From NCBI GenBank assembly GCA_004431415.1, contig QPMI01000284.1, forward strand, positions 1 to 64,000: a stretch of 64,000 bases of DNA. Reading direction: 5' to 3'. Under the pieces are notes generated by a model. That model was not told where the DNA came from. It searched no databases and was given only the letters and a program-made list of their open reading frames with translations. A program made the translations under genes and the position numbers. How positions within the stretch are numbered: the stretch's first letter is position 1; each line of letters begins with the position of its first letter. Source of the stretch: Cyanophora paradoxa CCMP329. Lineage: Eukaryota > Plantae > Glaucophyta. Positions 22,045-33,588 of this stretch are shown in pieces.

Positions 22045-24390
22045 CTAGGAGCCGAGGCGGGTCTGGCGCATGATGAGGTTGGTGACCCAGGGCTTGGTCT
22101 GCGGGCGCCGCTCGGCGACGGCGGTGACGCGGCACATGAGCTGGACGACCTCCTCGGGCAGCTCCCGCTCGTGGTACGTCCGCGTCGCCGCCTCCAGGTT
22201 CTCCCACACCCGCTTCAGGTTCTCCGGGTCCACCTTCCGCGCCAGCTGCGCGTCCGCCGCCAGCACCGCCGCGTACTGCGACGCCTGCGCCGACGCCGCC
22301 CCCGCCCCGTGCGCCGCCATGCCGCCGGCGTACCCCACGGGCGGCGCCACCGGCTGCGGCATCGGGAGCCCCGCCGGCGCCGGCGCCATCGGGGCTGTGC
22401 CCGGGCCGGGATGGCCCCGCTCATGTGCGGCGGTTGGTGGTACCCGTGCGGCGGCCCGGGAGCGAGGCCCGGCGGCCCAGGGCGAGGCCCGGCGGCGCGT
22501 GCCCGGCGATGGGGGCCGGCATCGGCGCGGCCGGCGCTCCCGGCGCAGCGCCCTGTGCCGGGACGGGGCAGAGGCGAACGCCGGGGCAGGGGCGCCGGCA
22601 TTCGGGGCGGGGCCGGTGGGGACGGGGGCTGCGGGAAGGCGGGCCGGGTGCGGGGACGGCCGGTGACGGGGCGCGGACGGGCTGCGCGCCGGCGGGGCCG
22701 GGGCGGAAGGGACGGCGAGGGTCGCGCCCGGACGGGTACCGGGGCGGTGAAGGGGTTTGACTGGGGCGGCGCGGCGCCGGGGAGGCCGACGGGGGGCGGA
22801 GGGGGCGGGGCGGCGGGGATGGGGCCGGGGGCGGGAGCGGGGGCCGGGGCGGGGCGGGGGCGGGGGCCGGGGCGCGCGGGTGGTGGTGGTGGGCGACGTG
22901 GGGGTGGAGCTCGAGGTAGCAGCGGACCATGAAGCGGGAGACCTCCTCCCAGCGCTCCGTCCCGAACGCCACCACCCCGTTCAGCAGCGCGTCCACCTCC
23001 TTCGTCGTCAGCGGCCGGATCTTCTCCGCCAGCCACTCGCACTGCGCCGCCCGGTTCCCCTTCCCCGTCCCCGACCGCTCCCGCGGCGGCGACGAGCCGT
23101 CGGCGCCGTCGCTGTAGGGGCGGTTCCGCTGGGCGGCGGCGCGGCGGGGCCGGGCCTTGGACTTGGCGACGGGGCTGTCGTCGCGCGAGGCGAACTCCAT
23201 GAGGAGGTCGGCGTTCTCCTCGGGGTCCTCGTCGTCGTCGTCGTCCTCGTCCTCGTCGTCCGAATCGCTCTCCACCAGCGCCTGCACCACTTTCGCCGCC
23301 CCCGCCGACGCCGCCCGCCGGTTCCGGCCCGTCGCCGACACCCTCCCTCCCACCGCCTGCTGAGCCGGCGCCGGCGCCGGCGCCGGCGCCTCCTCCGGCA
23401 AGGGCACCTGCACGGGCACCACCTCCGGCAGCACCTGCGCCGGCGGCGGCACGGCCGGCGGCGGCATCTCCAGCTCTACCGCCGCCAGCGCCGCGGCGTG
23501 CGCGGCGGCAGAGGCGCCCGTCGTCGACGCCGGGGCGATGAGCGGATCGTCCATCAGGCCCAGCGCCAGCTTGTAGTGGTCGTACGACTCCGGCCAGAGC
23601 ACTTCATTGATGCCCCTCCGCGCGCTCGAGCTCCTCGCGCTCCTGTTCCCGCTCGGCGTGCACCGCGCAGAGCTCGGGCTCCCCTGCGGCGGCCCTCAAC
23701 GGGCCGTCCCTGCGTGCCGCGCGAGCGCGAAGCGGTGCGCACGATTGCGAGGAGCATCTCGGCGACGTCTTCCTCCTTCTTGGGGATGGCAAGGCCCGCG
23801 GCGCTCGGCGGCGGTGTCGATGTGGCCGGAGACGAAGCTGGTTCGGATTTGATGTCGGAGAGGACGACCGCTTTCACGCTCGCTGCACTCTTTGGCGTCG
23901 CTGCCTTGCGCTTTCCGGCTACTGCCCTGACGGGTGGCGGCGCTGGCATCGTAACGGGGACGGCTGCAGCCACGGCCGCCGTCACGAGCGGCACCGCGGC
24001 GGATGCGGCTCGGCTGGAGCGCGTTCTAACGGGCACTACAACTGCAGGCTTTGGCGGCGTCTCCTCCGTGACGACTGCGCAATGCGGCCGTCAGGTGCTG
24101 TCAAGGGACCGCGCAAGGGGTCGCATACACTCTTCCTCCTCGAAGCGCTTCGCAGATTTGCCATCACGGGCTCTCAAACGACGTGAGCCACCCGCGGCAA
24201 GCTCCTTCTCCAAGATCTCGCGCTCCTCCGCCCGCAGCTCCTTACTTGCCGATGCCGACTGCGCTAACAGTCAAGACGAGCCGCAGGGCGCTGGGAGGGC
24301 CATTTCCGCGCGAAAAGTATCGATGCTCACCGCGCTCGTCCGCCGCCGCTTTGCCCCGGAATCGGGGCTCTGAGCGGGGCCGCCGGCCAT
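22045..24390 (-). CDS. Low-complexity nuclear protein with a telobox/TRF-like Myb domain interrupted by a Pro-rich stretch; gene model approximate
   Basis: IRPLTTKEVDALLNGVVAFGTERWEEV (Myb helices 1-2) and VDPENLKRVWENL..ELPEEVVQLMCRV (helix 3 + extension-like); acidic tract; first exons MAGGPAQSPDSGAKRRRTSA|SASASKELRAEERE. Confidence 0.55.
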
Positions 24391-24592
24391 TGATGCTGTT
24401 CGCGCTGGCCCAACTCGGCGGACCGCGGTTGAGAAGTTTGTTGATGCCTGAGATCTCCGGAGCGATTTCCGCAGGTTGGAACTTGCGGTGATTCCGCAGC
24501 GAACGGAAGCCAGAGAAGAGTGGGGTACCCCTCCAGAGGGCAGCCTGGCCGCCGCAGCCAGCCAGAGCGTGGGCTCCGGCCCCATCGGGGCG

Positions 24593-26760
24593 ATGCTGCC
24601 GATTACGGTCCCTCGCGCGAGGCCTCCCTCGCGGGGCGGGCGGCGGGGGACCCAGTCGAAGCTCCTGCCGACCTTCGTCATTTCCTTCTTCTTCGTCGGC
24701 CTCGGCCACCTCATGTATCCGGGCATGGTCATGATGTCGCGCTCGCAAGTTACACTCGTCCTGCACCTCCGGCTCGATCAGCTGCAGGCGCTCGAGGACA
24801 TTGTGCAGCGCTGGCAGGGCCCCGTGGCCGCGGCGGTCCTCACGCAGCAGCGACAGCCTAGCGCGACGGTGCTCAAGCGCTGGCAGGTCGAGTTCCCGGA
24901 GGTGCGGATCGCCTGGGTGGAGGTCGGGGACAACGCGGCAATGCAGGCGTCCCAGCTGCGCGCCCGCGCGCTGGATCTCGTCGACTCGGCGTTCGCCCTT
25001 GTCGCGGACATTGACTTCGTGCCGAGCTACGGCCTGTACGAGTGGCTCGTGCGGAAGGCGACGCTGCAGAAGTACGCCTATGTCATTCCCGCGTTCGAGG
25101 CGGACGAGGCGCTCGGGCCGCGGGAAGCGAGGGAGGTGCCGCGGGAGAAGCGGGAGCTGCTGGAGGCTGTGCGTGCGGGCCGCGCGCGTCCGATGCTGCA
25201 GCACGACCACCCTGCCGCGCACTACTGGTACACCGCCTTCCACCGCTTCTACCGCTCCCTCGGCAGGTGCCTGCCCCCGGCCGCCGCGCCGCCGGCCGCC
25301 ATGCGAGAGGCGGGGCGGCAGCTACGAGATCGAGGCGGGGGAGGGCTACGAGCCGTACGTGGCGGCGGCTGTGGAGGTCCTCCGCTCGCCGGAGCGTGGC
25401 CACAGGTGGTACTGTACGGAGCCCGAGGAAGGCGCCGGGGAGGGCGGGCTGCCCGCCGGCGAGGGCCACCGCGCCCTTGTCTCCCGCCGCCTCCGCCGCT
25501 CCCGCTGGGGCCTCCGCGTCGCCGCCGAGCACTTCGGCGTCCGCCTCGCGCCCTCGCGCGCCGGGGCCGCCCCCGCGCCGCACTGGCGGGGCCGCTCGGG
25601 GGCCACGCTGGTGCTGCAGGCCGCGAGCGACGAGCTGGAGCGGGTCGGCGAGATCGCAGTGCGCTGGGGCGGGCCCGTCACGGCCGCCGTCTGCGTGCAG
25701 ATGGAGGAGGAGGGCCGCGCCTACGTCGAGTGGGAGCGCAAGCGGGCGAGGACGCGGGCCGGGGAGCCCGACTCGGTGCGGCTGGTGCGGGTGGCGGCCC
25801 CCGGGGAGGACTCGCCCTGCCTCCCCGAGGAGCTCGTGCGCGCGGCGGTCGAGGCGGCCGGCACCGCCTTCCTCCTCGTCTCCCACGTCTCCTGGCTCCC
25901 CTCCCCCGACTTCGCCGCCCACTTCGGGCCCCTCCTGCGCTCCCCGCTCCTCGTCCCCGGGGCCGCCCGCCCCCCCGCCCTCGCCTTCGCCGCCTTCTTC
26001 GAGGACACGCGCGTGCCCCTCTCCCGTGCGCCCCTCCGCTGACCCCGCCCGGCCCCGCCCCGCCTCCGAGCGACCCGAGGGCGGGGCGGGCAGGGGAGCA
26101 GCGGTACGACCTGGACGAGGCGGGGCGGGGCGACCTGCCGGCCCTCCTCGCCACCCGCCGCGCCGTCCCCTGGAGCGGCCTCGCGAGCCCCGAGGACGAG
26201 GCGCGGCGCCCTCGCGCCCCTGCGCCCCGCGCTGAGCGCCGCTGAGGCGCGGCGCAGGCAGGGGAGCTGGCGCGGGAGGGGAAGCCGGCGCGCCCCGTCG
26301 ACTGCCTCGACCTGCCCCGCTGGCTCAAGACCCGTTCGGGGGCCGGCGGCTCCGGCACCTACCGCCCCTCGTGCCCGTACCCCTGGCACCCTCTCGCCCT
26401 CCTCCCCGCTGCCTTCCTGCGGGGCCAGCCCGTGCACGACTGGCCGCGCGTGGCGGCGGCGGCGCGCGAGGCGGGGCACGCGGCGGCGGTCGTGCCCGGG
26501 GCCTTCTTCACGTGGGGCGAGCTCCCGGCGCCGCCGCCCATCCGCTCCCTCGACCTCGTCTTCCCCGACACGCCGCTGGAGTTCCGCCCGCGGGCGCCGG
26601 CGCTCAACGCGGGGCTGCGCCGCGATGTGACCCTCGCCGTCGTCCTCCCCGGGGACCGCCTCGACCTGCTGCGCGCCCTCGCCGAGCGCTGGGCGGGGCC
26701 CCTCGCCGCCGCCCTCTTCTACCCCCCTCCCGCCCTCCCACCCCGCCCCGAGGCCCCGAG

Positions 26761-26794
<34 letters not shown>

Positions 26795-29700
26795 GCGCCG
26801 AGTGGGAGGAGGAGCTGGGCCCGGCGCCGACGCCGACGCCGCCGCCGCTGCCGCCGGCGAAGGGGAGGCGCGAGAAGGGCTACGTCTCGCCACACCTCGC
26901 GCCGCTGCCGGTGGGCCCCGTGCCGGCGGCGCTGACGGAGGAGTGGAGCCGGGAGCCGGCGCGGCGGCTGCAGCGGGAGTTCGGGCAGCGCCTGCAGCTC
27001 GCCTTCGTCGAGGGCCGCCGCGCCGCCGACGAGATCCCCGTCTCGCACCCGCCCCCGACGCGCACGCGGCGGCAGCGGAGCTACTACGACGAGGGGGCGC
27101 CGGGCGGGGTGGTGCTGGAGTACTACAACAGCTTCTACCCGCTGAACGAGCTCCGGGCGGAGGCCCTCAAGCTCGTCGCCTCCGACCTCGTCCTCTTCGT
27201 CGACCCCGACACCCTCCCCAGGCCCGCCCCCGCCCCGCCCCGCCCCGCCCCGCCCCGCCCCTCGCCGACCGGCGGCGCAGCGCGGGGATGTACGAGGAGC
27301 TGACGACGGCGGCGGCGACGCGGGCGCTGCGGCGGCACGCGGCGCTCGGCCCGGTCGCCTTCGTGGTGCCGGCCTTCGAGACGGACTTCGGGCACGCGGC
27401 GCCGGCGGACAAGGCGGAGCTGCTGCGGCGCCTCTCGCGGGAGCCGACCGTCCTCCGCCTCGACGGGAGCGGGGCGCGGCACGGCGAGGACGTCCGCCCG
27501 CTCCTCTCCCGCACGCACCCCTCCGCCCACTACTGGACCACCAACTACACCACCTGGTACGCCGCCTCGGCGCCCTACGCCGTGCGGCACCAGTACCCGT
27601 ACGCGCCCTACGTCGTGGCCCCGCTGGGGATGCACCAGGCGCTGCTCGACGTGACGCCCGTCGGGGAGCGCTCGCCTGCCCGCGACGTCGCCGTCCAGCG
27701 CGCCCGCTGGGTCGCCGCCCTCCGCCGCGAGGTCCCGCCCCCCTGCCTGCCGCCTCCGCGCGCCCCGCCGGGGCCTGACGCGCGCCAGGGCTGCGCCTTC
27801 CTCGTCCTCCCCGACGTCTTCGTGACCCACGTGCCCCTCGTCCCTTTCGGCTCCCCCACCCCCTACTTCGGCCTGCCCCTCGCCCGCGTCCGCCCCGCCC
27901 CGCCCCGCTTCGCCCCGCCCCGCCCTGCGCCCCCGCCCCCGCTGACGGCGAGCAGGCCGGCATCACGATGACTGTGCACCTCACCGCCGACCGGTGCGCG
28001 CGTACCCCGGCGGCCGCGCCGGCCCCGCTGACGAGGGCGGGGGCGGGGTGTGGCAGCATGGAGCGTCTGGAGGTGCTTGCGGAGCGCTGGCCCGGTGCGC
28101 CCCGCGCCCCCGCCGCCCCCCGGCCGCTGACGCTGACGCGCGGCAGGCCCGCTGGTGGCTGTCCTCTTCTACAACCTCGACCTCAAGCCCGTCAACGGCT
28201 CGGGCCCGACGCGCGAGCAGTTCCCCCACACGCAGCTCCAGTGGCGGGTCTGCCCCGCCCCGGCCCGCCCCATCTCCCTGTCTCTGCCGCCCCGCGGACG
28301 CCGGGGGCGCAGCAAAAGCACCCGCACGTGAGCCTGGGCATGCTGGCGATGGCCAAGCCGCCCACGAAGTACCCCGCGAACATCGTGCGGGGCGCGGGCG
28401 GGGCGCGTCGGTGCGGGGCGCTGAGGGGTCGGGGGCAGGTGCGGAACGCGGGGCTGCGGGCGGCGCAGACGGACTTCGTCTTCCCCGTCGACGTCGACTT
28501 CGTCCCCGACACCGGCCTCCACGAGTTCCTCGTCCGCACCCGCCCCGCCCCGCCCCGCCCCGGCCCCGCCGGTGCTGACGGGGGGCAGGACCGGAGCATG
28601 CCGGAGCTGCTCGCCCGCGCCTCCTTCGCCTCCTACATCGTCCCCGCCTTCGAGATCGACGCCAACGCCACCCAGGTGCCCCGCCCCCGCCCCTGCCCCC
28701 GCCTCGGGGGCCGACCTCGTGCGCCCCCCCCTCCAGGTCTGGCGCGACGAGGACTTCGACGAGAAGGGGCACTCGAAGGTCAAGCAGGACTACCGGGCGG
28801 CGCGTACCCCCCGCCCCCCTGCCCCCCGCCCTCCCCGCTCTGAGGTGGCTTCGCTCGCAGGTGCCGCAGGACAAGGCGGAGCTGATGGGCTTCGTGCAGA
28901 ACCGGAGCGCGCGGCCCTTCCGCGAGATCGAGTCGATCTACGCGCACGTGCACACGCAGTTCTCGCGCTGGTTCTTCGCCACGCGGGAGTACCGGGTGCG
29001 CTACAAGTACCCCTTCGAGCCGTGGGTGGTGGTCGCCAAGGACTACGCGCCCCTCTTCGACGAGCGCTTCATCTACCACGGGGAGGACAAGGCACGCGCC
29101 GCCCCCGCCCCCGGGCCGCCCTCCTGGCCTGAGGCCGCCGCAGGTCCAGTGGGTCTTCCACATCAGCAAGCTCCACTTCCGCCTGCAGGTCGGCCCCCGC
29201 CCCCGCCCCCCCCCTCCCCCCCCTTCCCCCCCCCCCCATCCCCCCCCCCTTCCTCCCCTCCCGCCCCAGCGGGGCCGGGCCTCACGGGGCGGGGGCGCAG
29301 GTCGTCCCGTACCACTTCGTGATCCACCTGAACCACCCCGTGGCCGCCTGGGCCGCCACCGAGTGCGCCCGCCCCGCTCCCCGCCGGCCGGCGCGCCTTG
29401 GGCGGGGGGCGTGACGGGGCGGTGGGCAGGTACACGGAGGCGCTGTTCGAGGAGGAGGCCTTTCTCTTCGAGGCGCGCCCCGCCCGCCCGCCCGCCGCGC
29501 CCCCCAGGGCCCCCGCCTGACGCGCGCGCCCCCGCAGACCTTCGTGCTCGAGGTCGACCCCGCCGACTGGGACCGCCGCAACGCCCAGGTCTTCGAGGGG
29601 TACAACCCCGACCAGGGCTCCCACGAGCCCGTCCTCCTCCCCCCCGGCGTCCACGCGGTCCTCGACGCCGTCGCGGTACCCCCCCCCTCCCCCGGGGTGA

Positions 29701-29908
29701 GCGCCGGCGTGACGCGGGGCAGGCGGAGCGGGGCCTGTACCACTTCGCGGGGTGGGAGGAGGACCCGGACACAGGGGAGGAGGCGCTGGAGGCGTTCGAG
29801 GAGCCGATCACGGACCGGGAGCTCTACGACCTCCAGCTCCGCTTCGAGCACGAGTTCCCCGAGCACGCCACCCCCGAGGCCGACCAGTGGTCCCTCGCCC
29901 GCTCCTAG
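24593..29908 (+). CDS. Type II membrane glycosyltransferase with four tandem GT49 (LARGE/B4GAT1-like) domains
   Basis: N-terminal TM (LLPTFVISFFFVGLGHL), then four repeats of VTL..RW.GP (RWQGPV, RWGGPV, RWAGPL, RWPG|PL); DxD motifs ADIDF, VDPDT, VDVDF; AYVIPAFE/AFVVPAFE/SYIVPAFE; YEPYV/FEPWV; FDERF. TAG at 29906-29908. Confidence 0.8.
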
Positions 29909-30054
29909 CTTCCATCCCATCGCGCCACCCCCGCCCCCGGCCCCCGGCCCCCGCTCCCCGCCCTGGCAGCCCTCTCTGGCCCTTCCCCTCCCGCTCCTGT
30001 GAGAACGGGCTTCGAGAGTCTCCGAGTTGGGCGGCTCAGAGGGGGGCGGGGGGG

Positions 30055-31865
30055 CTAGGCGGCGCCGACGAGGGGGTTGATGCCGAAGTAGACGTAGGGG
30101 AAGAACTCGCCCTGGCCGGCCCCCGCGCCCCCGGCCTCCCGCTCCTCGGCGCTCGTGCTGTGCGCCGCCCCCCCGAGGTGCGAGTAGAGCATGTGGAGAG
30201 TCTCCCGCAGCTGCCCCCGCCCGCCGGCCCCGTCACGTGGGGAAGAGAGCAAAAGGAAGGGAAAGGAAGGCGGCGTGCCTTCTTCTCGGTCTTGGCCTTG
30301 GGCTTGAGGAGCATGGCCTGGAAGTTGACGGGGAGGCCGTAGCGGAGCACGGACTCGACGAAGACGCGGATCGCCTTCAGGTGGATCCACGCCACGAACG
30401 CGTCCGCGAAGGCGACCCTGCAGAACTTCACCAGCGCCGCCTGCGAGCCGAGGAGGAGGCGGGGGTCCTCGGGTCAGCGCAGCTGCGGGGCGGGGCGGGG
30501 CGGGGCGGGGCGGGGCGGGGCGGGGCGGGGCGGACCCAGAGCTTCTCGACCTCGGCCTCGAGCTTGGAGCGCTCGCCCTTGCTCTCCTCCAGCGTGTTCT
30601 CGTCGAACTTGAAGTCGCGCACCGTGAACCTGCGCCCCGTCAGGCCCCGCCCCGGCCCCGCGCGAGCGCCCCGCCCCCGGCCCCGCGCACTTCTTCTCGC
30701 GCGCCGCGTTCTTGTAGTCGTCCGCCACGCGCTTGAAGCACACCACTCGCCACAGCTCGAAGTCGTTGTCCTCTGCTATCCGCCTGCGCCCGCCACGCCG
30801 TCAGTCCCGCCGGCCGGTTGGGGACCTCTCCCCCGGGCGGGCGCGCACAGGCCGGAGCGCGGGACGACGTAGTCCGTGAGCGACTCGTAGCTCGTCTGGA
30901 ACTCCTTCGCGGCCGCCCTGCGCGCGGCGGTCACGCCGCCGGCGCGGCGTCCGGCGCCGGCAGCCGCACTTGGGGACGGCGACGAGGCAGGTGGTCAGGT
31001 TCTCCGACTCGACAAAGTGCTCGGGCTTGACCACCTCGGCCAGGTTCTTCACGAGGAGGTTGCCCCTGCCGAGCGAGACCACGCCTCGGTCACCGGCCCC
31101 GCCCGGAAAGACGCGACGCGTCGCCGCCCCACACGCACGCGGCTTTCCGCTTGACCGCGCCGAGGTTGCTCTTCACAACGTTGTACTCCGAAGCCTTCAG
31201 CTTCAACTCCTCATCCAGCTTCGTCACGTCCTGTGCGGCGCTCTCAGCTCCCGCACTCCGCGGCGAGGCCCGCGCACGCGGCGCGAGGCGGACCTCCGAG
31301 ATGGAGCTAACTATCTCCCGAAGCGGCTTCTTCAGGCTATACTTGCCTTCGTCCCACTGGAACCGCTCCAGGAACTGATTGACGGGAACTGGCGGAGGGC
31401 ATCGGCGCGCGGCACCAGGGACGGGCCAAGCGCGCGCGGATAGGACGTGCTAGCTCACCCTGGTTGATCGTGATGCTCTCCTCCGGGTTGAGGTCGTGGA
31501 GCTGGCGCTCAATCTGCGGTGGGCGGGCAGGCGTTCAGTCGGCGGACGGCCACGACGGTACAAACGTTGGCAGCACCTTGTGAACCGCGCCCTCGACGTA
31601 AATGTCCGTCTTCGCGAGCTCGTCGCTCAGCTCCAGGAGCGCATCGAGTGTGCCGACACGCAAGTCAGGCACATTGAACTTGAAATTCGTTGCTAGGTCA
31701 GTCGCTCGGGATTGCTGCGCTCCCCGAGCGCGCGGCGCGCCAAGGGTCGGCTTCGCTGCCGGACAGACGGGCGGGGGTGCGGACCAGCCTCTGCCATGTG
31801 GCCTCTTTCGTGTCTTCTGCAGGCGCCGAGATAAGCCAGTACGCACAGGAGATCTCTCGCGCCAT
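30055..31865 (-). CDS. ATP6V1C: V-type H+-ATPase subunit C, 10 exons
   Basis: [115 protein letters not shown]; all introns phase-consistent. Confidence 0.97.
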
Positions 31866-31947
31866 CCTGACTGAACAACTTCGCTGCCTTAATCCGCTGG
31901 TACCCCTCTCCGCGGTTTGCGGCGTTTGCCGCTTGCGGCGTTTGCCA
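31866..31947. promoter_or_regulatory. 82-bp intergenic spacer between divergent V-ATPase C and CZIB start codons (putative bidirectional promoter / overlapping 5' UTRs)
   Basis: ATG on the minus strand at 31863-31865 and ATG on the plus strand at 31948-31950. Confidence 0.6.
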
Positions 31948-32962
31948 ATGCCAAAACTCCTCATCTCGTGGGCTGCGGACGTGGAGGGGTTGTCTGAAAT
32001 CAAGGTGCGCTGTCCCCGTCGCCCCGCCGCCGGCGCGCCGCCACACAACCACAAACCCGGTGTCGGCACTCTAGATAACGCCCGATGCGCGCTATTATGT
32101 CAAGTTAAAATGCACGAACTGCGGCGAGGAGAGCAAGGAGGTGTACTTCAACGCACAGGACAAGGTGGAGCTCTCCACCGGTCGCGGCGACGCCACGTTC
32201 GTCCTAAAATGCAAGGGATGCAAGCGGGAGAACAGCGTGCGTGCCGGACGCATTTGAGCGTCGGGAAACCGGCCAGCTTCGGGTCGAGAGCTAGAGCGGC
32301 GCCGGTCGTCGCGCCGCAGCTGAGCGCGGCCCCCGCAGCTTGACGTCGTGCCGGGACACGGAAGGTCCTGGACGGAGGTGCGTTCGCAGTCCGTTCGAAC
32401 CGCTTCGCGCGGCTGCAGCTCGCCCCCGGCGCCCGCGCGCGCGGCGCCGCGGCCGGCGCCGCTCAGGCGGCTTCTCGTCGCCGACGTTCCGGCGCAGGCG
32501 GACGAGACGAAGTTCGTCCCTCTTATCGCCTGCGATTGCCGAGGTGCGCGTCGGCCGCGCAGCCTATCGACGTCTCCGATCCCCTGCCGGCCTGGCATGG
32601 GGCCCCACGCGGCGCCACGCGAACCCTGACCTGCGGCACATCCCGCGGCCGCAGGCCTGGAGATCGTGAGCTGGGAGCCGAGGGTACGCCCATCGCCTCC
32701 GCCTCTCTCCCCGCGGGCGTGCGCGGCAGGCGACGAGGCGGCAGGCCGGCTTCACGGCTGTGGGGACGACGGGCAAGCCCTTCGAGGACGTCAACCTAGG
32801 GGAGGATTTTGCCGACTACGATGAAGCCGCCGGTGCGGCCATGCCTGAGCCTCCGGTCCCCTGGCCTCGGACGTGCGATGGCGAGGCGTGACCAGCCTCC
32901 TGCGCGCAGGCTGCAGTGTGTCGGTCATGAACGTCAAGCACAAGATCGAGAAGATAAAGTGA
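31948..32962 (+). CDS. CZIB: CXXC-motif zinc-binding protein (C1orf123/DUF866/UPF0587), 6 exons
   Basis: MPKLLISWAADVEGL, YYVKLKCTNCGE, GRGDATFVLKCKGCKRENS, CDCRG|LEIVSW, FEDVNLGEDFADYDE, SVSVMNVKHKI; five GT-AG introns. Confidence 0.92.
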
Positions 32963-33588
32963 GCAGGCGAGGCGGCGTCGGCGCGACGCGTACGCTCGCC
33001 ATCTCCGATCGCGAGGTATGCATGCATATCCATGGCAAGCCGCGAAACTCGGTATCCCCAAGAATCGTATGCATCGGCTGGACCATGGGGCCGGCCGCGC
33101 GCCCCGGGCCCCTCGTCAAGTCGAGCTCCCCCTCCCCCGCCCCCGTCGCGCCCCCCCCCCCCTCCCAGCCTCGCCCCCGTACCCCTCCCATCCCCGTACC
33201 CCTCCCCTCCCCCCTCCCCCTCCCCTGAAAGCACCGATATTCACGCGAGTCTTTGGATTCTACGTGTGTCGGTACCAATTTACATTAAGACCCTGATCAT
33301 TATCATGAAGTCAAGATCTAGATTTAGAGATCGCAGGTCGCGGGGGGCGCGGGCCCCGGCGGGCCGGGGGCACTGGGGGCATGCGCAGGGGCAGATTGCA
33401 GCTGTACAAGTATTAAGAGTCTTGCAGTGGAGTCAACGTTTATCTAAATCTGCGTGGGAAAGGCCAGAGAATCAACTTTCGAATCAAGAACTTGGAAGCC
33501 CTTATCATGAAGCGAAACTGATCATGACGGCCCGCGGCGGGGGCGCACCCATCAATTCTGTCTTGGAGCTGCCGCCTCGAGCTCGTCT

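Noticed and set aside
26715-26800. Apparent frameshift in the GT49 gene (similar one near 22890 in the Myb gene) as programmed frameshifting or pseudogenisation
   Set aside because: Both lie in C-run/GCC low-complexity tracts where assembly indels or missed introns are more likely; cannot be resolved without reads.
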